In this document: positions 26,443-40,500 of the stretch, in pieces | Position numbering within the stretch: position 1 is the stretch's first letter | Layout: each line of letters begins with the position of its first letter | NCBI GenBank assembly: GCA_964188305.1 | Contig: OZ076890.1 | Origin: Podarcis bocagei | Lineage: Eukaryota | DNA length: 64,000 nt | Strand: one strand, 5' to 3' | Notes under the pieces: generated by a model | Databases searched by the model: none | Told to the model about the DNA's origin: nothing | What the model saw: the letters and a program-made list of their open reading frames with translations, nothing else | Program-made: the position numbers and the translations under genes

Positions 26443-27262
26443 ATCTAGTGTGTGTGTTTGTGTGAATGAGCCATTTATTACATTTAATGAGGTAATAGAA
26501 AAGGTAGGCAATCGTTTCCCTTTCTTTTTTGTTCCATTCAAATTAGAAATTATTTATTACCAGGTCATGAACTAACTTTGAAACGTCTTCCTGCTATGAA
26601 GCTTTAAAAGAGCCTATTGTCTAAAATGTAGGCAGTTGTACCAGGTGATATAAAATATAAGCAATTATCGGAGCACTATTTTGAAATGCACTTCACTGAA
26701 TTATGTGCAGGTTCAGTCCTAAGTATACTTTAAACATGTCACTGAAATAAACTTTCTACACAATTTGGTTTCAATATACCTGCCAGCTTAGGGGAGGAAA
26801 TGAATACCAACGGCCGTGGGAGTTGCTGGAGAATTGCTTGAGAAATCAATCTGTAGAGGCCTCTTTTTTTCCACATATGGGGGAGTTACCCCAAAAAAAT
26901 TGGCATACCATTTTCAATATTTTTAAGGATGTAATCTGTTATGAAAACCCATGCTATTCATTATTTTGTTGGCTTATTCAGAAGAGAGAGTGAGAACAAA
27001 ACATCAGGTGTTGGTTAGCAATTCATTGCTGACAGTCAGAATCCTATTGGCAACATTGTGAGGGGCGGTGACACCTTTGCTGGGATGAATAGCTGAGAAA
27101 AGTGTGACACATTGCTTCAGTGAAGATGTTTGTTCATTTTAGACAATTGGTCTCCTTTTATTAGAGATCAGAATAGAGATGAACCTGAAGAAAATCTCAT
27201 AGCAAAAAGGGATTTCTATGATTTCATATTCTTTTTGAAGTGAATTTTCATGTGATTTTAAC

Positions 27263-27470
27263 ATTTATTTATTGCATTTATATCCCACCTTTTTCTTTAA
27301 GGAGTTCAAGGTGGCATACATGGTATTCCCTCTCCTCATTTACTCCTCACCGCTGAGAGGCCATGACTGGCCCAAGGTTACCCAGTGAGTTTCACGGCCG
27401 AATGCAGATTTGAACCCTGGTTCTCTGGGTCCTAGTCCAACATTCTAACCACTATACAACACTTGCTCTC
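27263..27470 (-). mobile_element. MIR/Ther1-Squam3-like SINE
   Basis: (TTTA) tail, ATATCCCACCTT..CAAGGTGGC, GACTGGCCCAAGGTTACCCAG, GATTTGAACCC, CTAACCACTATACAACAC..GCTCTC (reverse-complemented tRNA head). Confidence 0.8.
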
Positions 27471-30400
27471 TATTAATAGAGTATTAATACTGTGTGGTCA
27501 ATGATATCAATTTTCTATGGTCCTGCTTCTCTTTCAATTACATTGCTTGCCTTTTAAAACTAAATAAGACCTTTTTTGGGGGGAAGGGGTGGAATACAAA
27601 ATATTTGGAGGTCAATATTGTGTTGCTGGTGATCATTAACATCACAAGTACTGTCATATATTTACTGAACCATCTTCCAAATGCCAATGGCAGTAGCAAT
27701 TATAATGCTTGGGAGGAGGAATCACATATTTCCACTAACTATAGATTGAGCTAGGGAAATATGATAAGCACACAAAAAAGTGCTGCCTGAAAGGAAAATA
27801 TCAGAATCCCCAACCAGGCACTCCCTGTACTAAAAGATCGTGTGGGTCACCCTTTTAGGAAATTGAAATTTCTCACCCACAGTTTAAGGGTGCTTCCCAG
27901 TTACTCCTATTTTGTCACTAATTCAAGTGCATAGTGGTAAAATATAATTGCACAATTAAATTGGACTTGGTACTCTAACACAACAAACCCACTTCCACAC
28001 ACATGGAGCATTTAGCATCAAGGAATGTGCGGAATAACAATTGTTTGATGTGATCTTATGTTCCCGTCCCTGAAAACAAATCAGAATGAATGCTCAATGA
28101 ACAGCCAATGTTGTATAACCTCCGAGCAAACTTTGTGCACAGCAATTAGGCTGAAAGTTCAATAAGCAGGCCATCTGGAAGTGACCTAAGTCCTCCTACA
28201 TGTGTAACAGTTAGTTAGATCAGTCCTGCTAAAGTTTCAAAGATATGTAAATTATGCCCAAGTGTAGACTTTGGATCCTTAGAAAACAAATCAGAATGAC
28301 ATTTCCCAAAAGATCAAGGACTGCATTCAAACACAGCCAGCTTTTCAGGGTCCTCTTCATTCAGTGATGTTGCAAATGTCTTCCGAGCACCATCTGTTGA
28401 GTCTAAAAATGAGCTGTGAGGCTCAGCTAGAACCTGTCAAATGTAAAGCAGCTATTCAGGAGATACTGGAAAGCACCAAAGAGCATTTATGAGTCACTGA
28501 AGTCTATCACAGCTTGAAGAAATGGAACACAACAGAGTTACAAATAATAATGGCCAGGGATTTCAGTGACATATTGCAATGCTAGTCTCTCTTCTGAGAA
28601 GCACTTTACAGTATTTCTGACCCCACCCCCACTTCTGGTACTGTCTTACCTGAGCAGAAGAAATTTCAAAAAGTGAGTAAGAATCTGTATTCACTGGCAT
28701 AAAGCAGTAGGGAAGTAAATTACCGTAAACAGTTTGCATTAAAATTTCCAAGAATCACTCAGATGAACATGAATTGAACTTTGAAATGAACATGAAGCAA
28801 ACTGGTTCATTTTATACTAGTTTGGACACAAACTACAGTTAGCTCCTTTTTGGATGTGTTGAACTCGAACTATCAATATTACTTCATGTTGTGTTACGTT
28901 TTAAATGGTGAGAAAGAACTGTATGCCAACATACTGCTCCAAATCCCATCAACACAATACTCCTGCTATTTCCTGAGTTAGCAGGGTTCCAAATTGTGTG
29001 TTTTTTTCTAGAAACAATTAACACAGAAATGAGCGCTAAACTTCTACTAGACTTCCAGAAATGACTTTTACATCATGTAAAAGATCACATGGTATGCAAA
29101 AATGAACAGGCAAGGGAACATCTTGAAATCAGACTAAAGTGCAATCAATATGGTGCATAAGAGAAACTTCAAATGCTAGCTCTCCTTCCTAATAAATCAA
29201 TGATTCAAAAAGACACCTAATTTCACTTTTGATCAATCCAGACATTAATTGCTTTTTGGTTACTCCTAATTATGAAACATCTGCAATCACTGAAGAATGA
29301 GCCACTATCATTTGTTTTGCTATAAAAACCAGTTGATTAATTATTGTTTCTTGTGCCACATGCATGTCCTCATTGTCGTTAAATCCTTTTGCAAAGATAT
29401 CAAAGCACAGGTGTCCTTTTTTATTCTTTTACACAATTATTCCACACTAGACAAACACTGAGGGGGTGGGGAATACCATAATGTTTCATTTAAAAGTCTG
29501 ATCTGAAGCCACTTAGAAGATGTAACTGCAACTCACAAGCCTACTATTGCCTTAACTCAGAAACCTCACTCAGAATCACCAATAATTCTGTCTACTATTC
29601 AAGAGAAAAGAAGGCAGCAATACCTTAAGATACCCTCAGAATCAGTCTGTGGAGCTAATCATGACAGAGTTCAAACCTCAGATGAAGAGAAGAATCAATG
29701 TCCTGTTGGTTGAGAAGATAGGTAGCTAGGGTTGCTTTTAAGAACTGAAGATACAACCTGTTCTTCCTTTAAGGAGATAAGAGCAATTTATATACAGCTC
29801 CCAAGTGATACCCCATTCTAATATGGCTCAGGCCTCCTCAGCTGCAACAGCTGAATGTTATCAACCAATGTTGTCATTTTGTACATCTCTTTTCCATATG
29901 AATGTGCTGGAAGCAGCTCATGATAGAACAAACAAGAACAGGATGGCAGTACATATCAAAGCATAACAAGTTGTTTATTGCATTTGTATCCCATCCTTCC
30001 TGCAGGAGCCCAAGGCGGGGACTGTAATCCTATACACACTTATGCAATCCACTCAGAACTAAGCCCTACTGAATTTATTGTGGCTTATTCCCAGGTTAGT
30101 GGAATGAGAACTGCTGTCTTACCTGGGAGTAAGTACCTTAAATTTAATGTGACAATTAAAAAAAAGACATCCCAATGGATAAATAATAAAACTAGAAAAA
30201 AGCAAGCAACTAAGAAACTGGGAGCTTTTCTTGGAGATAAAAGAGAGAGGTTGTTTGAGGACATCTTTTTTTAAAAGGTAGCCATTTTTAGTTTTGTTGG
30301 TGCATAGTGAATTATTCACAACCTCTGATTTCCAGTTACTAATATTTTATATTTGCTTTATTGATTTGTCTTATAAATAATAAACTGTGGAATCTTGTTA

Positions 30401-30869
30401 AAAAGCAGCGTGAACCTTAAATCTGTGACATAAACATTGATTTACAACTTTCATGTTTTGAAGGCAATCCTCTATGATGGAAAAGTTCCTATGTGAGGAA
30501 ACAGTAGGATCAGATTTTTTTATTTTATCTTTTGCTATACTATATTATGTTCTGCTAAATAAATCATGCATGTGTTATTAGTGTTTTACTGGCTTTCTTC
30601 ATAAAGTCAAAACAAATCAGGTGTTTAGCAATCCTCTTTGTTGGCAAATCATTTCTGGTGAAGCAATCCTTTATGTTAGTGGAAAGAAGTTAATGAGTGG
30701 AGAAAAGTAGAGAAAATATACCAGTTTATATTTAATTTGAGGAAATACAGAGTATGAATACTGGTATGTTTAGAATTTCCTATTGGGTGACTACTTTGAA
30801 ACTGGAGCTGTGAAAAAAAGAAATTTGCTGTCTCTGCTATCTCCATGAACACTTTCAGCTCTGGGGCAT

Positions 30870-31270
30870 AGGGAGCAGCAGGAGTGGTGGTCTAGGAAAC
30901 TGAGGCAGGGAAGGCCCACAGTCCAGCCCACTAGCTGGCCAGGTGGGTCTCATGAGCTCTGGGAGGAGGGGTGTGATTCTTCAGCTGGAGGAGGCTTGGA
31001 ACAGGTGAGGGTCACATGCCTCATCAAGTCCAGATGCAAAGGGAAGCAGAGCTGAGATGCTGTGTTTACTGAACTGCCCATGTTGATGGACCTTGGCTTG
31101 GCTGCTCCTGGACCTCTATGGGACTGTGCTTCAGGTTTGACTCTGGACTGTATCCTAACCAACCTTGGACTGCATTTCCTGATATTTGGACTTTGCTTGT
31201 GTGGCTTCACCCTCGTACTTTGAACTTAGGACTTGACATACTGACTTGTTGCCAAGTAGGCCATGGGTTC
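30870..31270 (+). mobile_element. Possible degraded Gypsy-type solo LTR
   Basis: G-rich first half followed by many spaced GGAC(T/C) motifs. TG..CA ends and TSD could not be fixed. Confidence 0.3.
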
Positions 31271-31384
31271 AGAACACATAGCTGCCCCTCCCTGATTCTG
31301 ATTTTATGGTGTTGCCACACTTGCCCGGGGCTAAGGCACACACTGGTGAACCTGTGCTTCCTTGTGGAGTTGTAGTCAATGCAC

Positions 31385-32110
31385 AGAACATAACTTCACA
31401 ATGGAATTTGTTGCAAAAAGATGTGGTGATGGCCACCAATTTAGAAAGCCTTAAGAGGGCTTACACAAAGTCATGGCGCATCATGCTGGCTTCTAGTCAT
31501 GAGGCCTACATATTTCATCCTTGAGCATCAGGAGGCTGAGGATAGGGCACAACTTTGAGTGCACAAAACACACGCCCTGCACTTTCAAATGCATTGGCTT
31601 CTGGAAGATGAAAACTAGGTAACTTACGTTATAGATGGTTTTGAAAGCAGGTATTGGACAAAGTCATGGAGCATAAGAACATTGATGTCTCCTAGTCATA
31701 TTTGCTAACTAAGTGGCAGAGTGCTTCTGAAGACTGGTTGCTAACCATAGCAACCAGCAGGATGGCACAGCCAAGACCGTGCTGCTCTCCTGGCTTCCCA
31801 ATGCCGTGCATTTCTGGCAGTTGCCAACTATGCCATTTCTCCTCTTGCAGTGGAGAGTTCAGCATGCTGTACCTGCACTGTCCCCAATGCCTTGCCCATC
31901 CTCCTCTCAATAGCTGGCAGCCACATGGTGTTGGGAAGCCAGGAGGCCCCACTTGTTCACCCAATGGATGGAGCACAACAGTGAGAGAGGGCTGTTGCAT
32001 TCATGCCCTGTTTGTAGGCATTCAATAGGCATCTCTTTCACTGCTGTAGGAAATGGCATGCTGGCCTGTATGTTTCTGGTTTAATCTAGTAGGACTCTTC
32101 TTATGTCCTA
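31385..32110 (+). mobile_element. CR1 LINE 3' fragments (two ORF2-end pieces plus 3'UTR)
   Basis: QWNLLQKDVVMATNLESLKRAYTKSW resembles the CR1 ORF2 C-terminus (WNSLPxDVV.A..LDGFKRGLDKFM); second piece ATAGATGGTTTTGAAAGCAGGTATTGGACAAAGTCATGGAG; tail CTCTTCTTATGTCCTA. Confidence 0.7.
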
Positions 32111-35100
32111 TAACCCTAATAGATACCAACGATCCTGTCTAATGTGGAAAGAGGAAACAACTGGGACTGAGGATTTCCTCCGTGGGGCAATCCAAACCAA
32201 GCAACTAATCAGGCTTATTCAGAGCTCCCATGGTGGAAAATAATGGTGTGAATCACCTTTCTAATAGACTTTCCTCACTTTTTTGGTGAAAACCACTAAG
32301 TGACTCCAAATTTCTGGGAATATCTTTGTACTCTGAAACTAAAAGTTTAAGAAGCCACTAGACATCGGTACTATGCTGCCTAAATCAGCTACTGAGAACA
32401 CCCTTTATGAAATGAATGACAAGCTTTTAACAAATACAGCTATATTTTGACACCAGACAAATTAGTGTCCATAACAGACGTCTTAACATCTAGAAACATT
32501 CGAAATGTAGCAATTACATTTGTCATATCCTAATTGCATTATTGCCTCAAAATGAGCCATCTATTTTCCTTCTGAGAACATTTTCAAAGCAGACCATTGA
32601 GCAATTTCTCTGCTTTATGAATAATCGGTCCTTCAAGTTTGCCTCCAATGTGAGGTCAAAGCTGTTTTTATGCACTCTGAACAGCTGAATTTCTCTCTGC
32701 TTATGTAATTCAGATGTCGGCCTGCCTGAAATACTTCATCACAATTCTGACTGCCAAGAGAGGCATCAAGTGGTTCTAGCAATATATAATGTAACCTAAA
32801 GTGACTGAAAATGGCATTTTTTTTATTTTAATTGAAACGACTATTATGTGTTGGCTAAACAGAATTAAATAATAACCTAACTGTAGTATTATGAAATGCT
32901 TAATGACTGAATTTTGTTTAATGGCAGGTTGCTATATTACAATGAATAATGTCTGAATCTTGGTCGTGCTTTAAAAGAACACATACAGTCAGTCAACATA
33001 GCTTTTCTTGCTAAAGAGGTGCAATCCACTACAATTATTGAAGGATGAGATTCCCCAAACTTGCTCTGATTGCTCTTGTTTAGCAACCAGCTGAAATTAC
33101 TGATTAAGCTCCCAGTCATCTGAGCAGAAGATCTCTAACAATAAATTACAGAGTTCATGATCTGCTGCTTGTTTTGCCTATTATTATTATTCCCTTGTAG
33201 CAGGGATGTTCTGGCAGAGAATTTCAGCCTCTTGCAGAGGGGCTTGCCATCTTGTTGTCTTACTTTCATTTGGGATGGAGGAGGAATCTGCCCTACTCAG
33301 ATTCCAAAACTTTCCAATCTGATTAGGATGGATCATGATCTGGATCAGATCAATGGTCCACTTCAGAATCTGCAATGTGGCAGATTCATTTATGAGGTGA
33401 TCAGAAGGTTGTGCTCTGAGAGGCAACCCTCACCCACCCCAAATTCTTTTAAAATGTGTGTCCACGTGAGTGGCTAGCAACATGGGGACAGCCATACAAT
33501 TCCCTCTGGTGGTGGAACAACGCCAAGTCTGCATCTGTATTGGAATTGTTTTTAGATGTTGTAATTGTTTTGTGTTTTGTGTGTCTGCTGCCATTCCCTC
33601 GGGAAGAAGAATGGGATATAAATTTAATCAATCAGTCCTATTACTCCCAGGGGAGATACTCTAAATGCATTGGCAGTGTCCATGTGCTGAATGCAGAGCA
33701 GGTTTGGATTGCTCTGTAAATGATATAAGGAGATTTATAATTTATAATTTTGATACTTGAAATCTTGATAGTTGATATGTTGACATGTTTTAACTTACTC
33801 TTGCATTGTCTTGGTGGTCCTTTGCAATTTATTTTTTAATGGTCATTAGTCACAGACGATAAAAATCTGTCTTTCCAAATACTCATCATCGCTGCTATAA
33901 TCATGGGAATCACTACAAAGCGTGCTTCAGACACTTCGCATCACTGATATACCCATATGGTTTTGCCTCCAGTTCAGAATACAATTGTATTTGAGCAGGA
34001 ATGAACAATCCAATGTTGAATGTGCATTACATTCAATATTTGGAACGACATACGTATATGTGGGCTCTGCACATACTTTCTATAAATATCTAATTCCCAA
34101 AATGGCTAAACTAAACCTCCTCCAGAACTATGTTAATACTGCTTTTCATAGAATAATGATCCTTAGGTTCCTGACTTCCTTATGTAAGTATGATGTACTT
34201 AAAAAACAACACACAAATTGGCAGTAAAACATTTTGAGCTATTTGAATGGCTTCAGTCTTGTCAATCAAGGCAAAAGAGGATAACTTTTGGTGCTACACA
34301 TTGTATACCGTGGATGATCAATTTCCCTAAATCTTTCTATTTTGACCCCTATTTCCATTCACTTACAATTGGGCCCAGATGTTCCTATTTTTAAGTCTTT
34401 TAGACGAGGCTTGGAGCCTGTTTCTGATAGCAGAGGCAGCTATTAAGCATCTAAATTTGACAGTGATTGACATTAGTAACAAGTACATTGCTTGTTTTTA
34501 AGGCTGAAATCTTCATTTTAAATATGTTTTCAGTGATACCTGGAAGTGCACCAGGACCGCAGGTTATCCCTAAACTACAGTTAAAGATCCACTTTTCCTT
34601 AGGGAGCTATAGTTCTAACATCACTCAAACGATGAAGAACTGTGTTAACTTTGAATTTGGAATGAAGTAAAGAAACGTTAAATAATATTTATGAGATTTT
34701 TAATCAGTTTTCAATGGGCAGGTTTTCCTGTGTTGAGTACTTGGGGTCAACTCCAAGTTTTGGAAAGGACTTGGATGGAATGCTGTCTGTGGGCCCACCT
34801 CCCCCTTGTTACTATCACAACTGCCCATTACCTTGCCCTCTCCTGTGGGCTCAGTCCATTCAGCTGCCCATGGGGGTAGGTGGAGTGTGAATAGAGTGCT
34901 GCTACCACTGTTTGTTGCTGTCACCTGCTAAGGTCCATGCTAGAGTAGGGACCACATTGCTGACTCCCAGAGCCTCTGCAGCAACATGAATCCTGGAAGG
35001 TCCCAACAATCCAAACACCTGATGCTGGCCTTGTAAATATTCCTAATTACTCGATAGATGCCATTCTTAAATACTTTGTTCCTGTGTAGAGAAATGCATT

Positions 35101-35614
35101 AGTTGTCAAGTATTCTGCAGGGAATTTTTAAATGTGTTCTGGGAATGAACCAAAATTTTCTGTTTTGGATGCCAAACCAGCTGCATTGATCATCTTAATA
35201 AACAAGTGCTATTTTCCTCCCTCTTAAATTTTCTTACAGACTTGAACTGTCCCTCCAAACACAACAGGAAGGGAGTCAGACATCTTTTGGCTTTTTGCTG
35301 CTCATCCAGATTGCATTAGGTTTTCACAATTTTTCCATAAGAACTTCCTTGTGGAAGGTGGGGAAAAATATTTTCCTCTCCTTTTTCTTAGAATCAACAA
35401 CATGCTTGTTACCTGGAAAACAGTTTGGAAGGGCTTAACCAAGACCACAATTGTAATCATATGGTCAACCAGTGGCCTTTTAAAGAGTTCCACAGCACAC
35501 CTATTTTTCTCTTTCACCAAAACTGAGTGTGGGCATTCACTTGTGCCAGTGTAGAACAGACAGAAAGCAACAACTGTTTTCTGCTTGATTATGCTAAATT
35601 GATGTGTTGTGAAT

Positions 35615-35815
35615 ATTTGGTATGTATAAATGCATGCACCATGATGAATCTGGAGCAGCAAATCCAGACTCCTTTATCTGCCCCAGCTGCAATAAAACAT
35701 ATCTCTCCCATATTGGTTTCTACAGCCACAGCATGTGCTGTAACTCTCCAATGGTTTACTTTAACCCCAATGGTGCACTATTCCATTGCTTCTCGAGACT
35801 GATGGATGCCAACAA
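35615..35815 (+). mobile_element. RTE-clade LINE 3' end
   Basis: Encodes FICPSCNKTYLSHIGFYSHSMCC (C-terminal CCHC/C2H2-like finger of the RTE ORF), followed by a CCATTG..CGAGACTGATGGATGCCAACAA terminus. Confidence 0.7.
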
Positions 35816-37454
35816 TTATAAATGCACTGTACATCATAAATTCACAGATCTAGTTCCGTGCTTCGAAGCGATCAAGAGCTTATGTGACTGAAATTTATAG
35901 TGAGGAGTGCAGGACATTGAATGACCTCAGAGTTGTTTGAATGTACAGTGCCCGCATGTAAAACCCATGCTCCCTGCTATTGAGCTGACAGGCTGATTTC
36001 AGGCAAGCCACTCCATATAACCTATCCCACAGAGTTGAAAAGATAAGTGATGCATTAATTTTTTGTACACTAAAAAACAGTGCTTATTAGGAGTTTGGGG
36101 GCAGCAGTGGCAGATCTTGGTATCTCATATTTCAGTGGCACCCTATGTGATGCCAAAACTTGTCATTCCATCCCTGTCTCCCCATTGCCTTCCATTCAAC
36201 ATCATAGTTGGGGCATCCCCTGTGGCACCCCCAAGGCACCGTGCCCAGTGTTACTGAACAGGTCATGCTCCCTTAAATCTACCTCTGCATACAGTTCTAT
36301 AATATCTTAATCAGGAGAGGTTGAGCATGATCTAGACTATTGTTTGGATGCAATGGTGGGCTGAATGAGGGCCACTGAAATGAGGGCTGAGCTTGAAGCC
36401 TGGGAAGACAGAGGCACTGTCAGTGGGTTGTTTCTGTATTGAGGAGATTGGCCAGTTTGTGGTTGATTTGAAATAGCACTTGCTTCAATTTCTTTGTTCA
36501 AAAAGCACTACGCTCAGCTGAGAAAGCATAACCTTGCCTCTGCAATATCTGTTTCTGTTTTTTCTGAAATCTGTATATGAAAGAATAGTCTTGTGTAGGT
36601 TGAAATCTTGCAGTCAATATTTAAAGATTTGTTAGTTTACTAAAAGGTATAATCTCATTTGTCCAATATAGGGGATTTTTTTCCTTTTCTTTTAAAAAAG
36701 ATTCTCACTAAATGGGGTTTTCTACATAAACTGAACAGTGTCTATGGATTTATTCTACTTTTATATTGATCACAAAACATAAAGAGCAGATCCCATGATC
36801 AGGTGGGTGTTTTGCTATATTTCTCCTTCAGTACACAAAAACAAGTAGGCGAATTGCAATTAGCATCTTCCTAGCCCGACGTTGCATTAATAAGTGCTGA
36901 TGCAAAGTCATCATCTCATATTGATGCAGTCAAATGCAAAGGAGATACAAGGTCATGAAATGGAGATGGAAATCACAATCTCAATGCAACAGCACAAAAC
37001 CAACCTCACCAGGTGCTTTACCAGCCTTATCAGCTTCTTAGGAAGCTACCTCACATCAAGCCAGACCACTTCCAACAGGACGGCCCAGTCCAGCAGCCAT
37101 ACTCTTGACTGTTGCCATACTCTTAACTGTTTCCTCTGCAGTATCTCTTTCACTCCAGCCTCTCAGGGGCCAAAGGATACAAAATAAAATGAGGGCCATT
37201 TAACCCACAAACCAACTCCTCCTGGGAGGTGAAGCTTATTGCATTTCAGGCCATGTCAGCCTACATAAGGATCTAGTCCCCTGAAGAGATAACCTCTCTT
37301 GTATGTGACTTAGCATGGACCATTGGAGTTGGCCAAGGTCCTGTAAGCTCTGTTTGACTCAGTCTCATGTTCCAGCTGTCTGTGTCCCATGTTGAGCCTC
37401 AAGAGCCCGCAGAACTAGAGAGCAGCACTCCAGCATGTGCTTTGCCATTTGACC

Positions 37455-37519
37455 TTCAAAGCTTCCCCTCAAAGGCATGAAGCATTTTCAAAGCTTCCCC
37501 CTCAAAGGCATGAAGCAAT
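37455..37519. repeat. Tandem duplication of a 32-33-bp unit
   Basis: TTCAAAGCTTCCCC(C)TCAAAGGCATGAAGCA occurs twice. Confidence 0.95.
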
Positions 37520-40500
37520 TCTGGCTGTCCTCAGTAGTGACAGTTGCAGCCAGAAGATACTCTGTGCAGGCCAAACCTGCATTGGTTTCTATCAGTACCC
37601 AATGTGGAGTGCAGAGCAGGAAAGGGGACATTCTAGGAATACAAAGAGGACTGGAAACTCAAGTTAAAAAAACCAATTGGACACCACAATTCATTCACTG
37701 TCAGACTTTGGGGCATAGATTGAGTGCCAGTGCTATATCTAAATTGTTTCAGTCATTAACAAACTAAGCAGGGTGATCAACTGAGGTGTGATTGTATCAG
37801 ACAGTCTGAAGTAATCCCAGACCCTTCAATCAAAACCAGCTGCTCTGCCATGCAGCTGCTGTCCAGCTTCTGTTGCAATCACTAACCACTCTTATTGACT
37901 TAAGCAATGAGGAAGCAGCAATTTGAAAGCCCCGCTTAAGAAATCCTGGTTATAACTTGGGAACTTTGACATATGCAGTAGGAAAGAAATGATTAAGAAT
38001 TGATGATGGGTTGTTTTAAGGATTTCCAAAGTGAAGAAAGAAATTAAGTCACCACCGAGAAAGGGAAAAACAGTCACGACCACCTAGTGCTGATGAAGGC
38101 CCGGACACCTGCCTTTAATTGAGTGCTTGCAGAAAAACAGTAAAAGCCTGGTCTTTAATTCATAATGAGGTTTGACTGGCCTTGACATAAGCTGTGAGAA
38201 TGGCTGTGGGGGCCATTTGTCAAAAAGGAACAAGGATGTTCTGTTCTGCAGTTTTGTGCTGAAATCTGGTGTGTGGAATCAAAGGAAGGGCTAACATGGC
38301 CCAGGATTTGATTTTTGACATCCTATGTCACAAACTCACAGCCATGTTGCCTCCAATGCCGCAGAGAGAACTGTACTAGCACAACCTACAGCATACTCAG
38401 ATTGGTGTTGTATAGGAAGAGTCGTGGCCTGTGTAGATGCTGCCTATTTCATTATCACAGATATGAATGCTACCACTAAATGATGAAGCACAATAGCATC
38501 TCCCCCTCCTGTCATTTCCAGCAAATGGTATTCAGAAGAGCTGTTGCCTTCAACTGTGGAGGCAGAGTATAGTTTAGGAGGTACTGGAGTGTTTGAGTTT
38601 TAGATTATTGATGGTTTTGGAGATGATTCTGGCTCTGTTCCCCTGAATCAGAAGTTCTAGCTTCTAGTCCCCACCCAAAGACAGTTAAAACATGTTACAT
38701 CATTTTAGATTTTTTTTAAAGGGTTATCCTATTTCATTTCAGGTTGCTAAATGATATATTTCCATAAGGCAGTTACCCTTTTCCTATTGTTTTATTTTTC
38801 AAAAGCCACGGCTCCTCAATTTGTTTTTCAAGTTGTCAGTGCATTAAAAGCTCAAACGGGTCTTTCATCACACTTCCTATTATTCAAAATTAATCTTTAT
38901 ACCATGCTTCCATTGACATTATTAATATTAATGATCAAAAGCTCAGTATAAAGAGAGAGGTGCCTTCAAACAAGCGCCAACGAAGCGTACAAATGAAATC
39001 TGTTTTGAAGGGTTTTTCAGAATCCTTTCATTTCATTTATCTATTTATTTGTGCAATAGTGCATGACAATTCCTGTTTTACGTTAAGTACAATGAGGGGA
39101 GGGAAGCCTCGGAAGGAAGACAACTAGTCTTTGCCATCAGGTTGACAAAGACTGTTCATCTTGAAGTATCTGGTGTGAGTTTTCAGGTTCTCTTATACCA
39201 GCTATTTTTGCAGAGGCCTATTCACAAGCTTTCAAACATATTTTTTTGAAATGGTGAATGGCCTGATTCTTTTTACTTGTCATTTTGCAGCGTGGGGGGA
39301 AGCATGGTACAAAATGGGTTGGGGGTTATTTATCTGGAGTTCTGAATGACACGTCCTAGAACTTTTCTATAGTGGATCTAGGAAACAGCCTGGCTTGCAA
39401 CATTTTGTAAACCCCTTCTGAAGTATTTTACAATCGAGTGTATAAATTTTATGAAATAAATCACATGTCTCATACTGTATCTGGGGCTCTAGGCATCATG
39501 GAGGACAGGTTCCAAAACCCCCCACTGCCACCAGATAAATCCATGGCCAAATTAACCATAGGTGAGCGAGAGGGACAAACAGGTATGTTCATCAGCACCA
39601 GTGCCAGGGAAATTGTCTTTCAGCACCGGAGAGTGCAGGGTGCTGATGCCAGTCCTGCCTTCGGTGGCAAAAGGCATGGCATCTGGCCATTCCTGGGTCT
39701 GAGCCATTTTGTGATGGTCCATATAGTGAACAAAGTCTCCTTCTCTAGAGAATGATTGCAAGAATGTTCACACTGCTAGACTGTTGGGATGTTTAGGAGA
39801 GTTACACTTAAAATATCTGCAAAGGGGGATAAACATGTTAACAGAAATGTAAGTTTATTTGATTGAAATGTACCTAGGTTTATATTCATCCAGAGTTGAG
39901 GTCCAATTACCAAACACCACTACTCATATTATGCATCTAATTATCACTTTCAGCAATAAAAAGTATTTTCCTGCCCAACATGAACACCTAAAAATTATAT
40001 CTTGAGTTAAGGCGAAGGGACGTTTATGACTATTGTGCCACTAGAAGAAGAAAGTGGGGTTCATAAAGGTTATTTATTTAACGTGAGTTTTTGCACAGAT
40101 GGTGGCTTCTGTCTGTATTATGTTGGATCAACTCTACAGTTATTTTTATACAGGATTTTTTTATTACTCTCTGTTTCACCATTCAGGTCTCTTAATGAGT
40201 GTTTCCTTTTTAACTGCAAATAAAGCCTCTTTCTTTTCAGAGATTAGATTAGCATCCAGTGACCCTCCTTTGTTAGCACCATCTGTCTAACAAAAGAAGA
40301 AGAAGAAGGTTCTGGTAGCTAGGGCTATAAACCAAGGGAGTCACTAGGACCTTCTGACTAACCATTTACAATTGTCATTAAGCTAAGCAGCCTTTAAATC
40401 ATTTTGGCATTGCAGACAGCAATTTTGGTCTTTTCTCCCCATCCAAAGGGCATTAAGCCAGGATCTGATCAAAGAACAGTTTCCAAAGCTTAAAAGACTT

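Noticed and set aside
35622-35891. Zinc-finger protein gene
   Set aside because: The single Cys/His motif belongs to the 3' end of an RTE retrotransposon.
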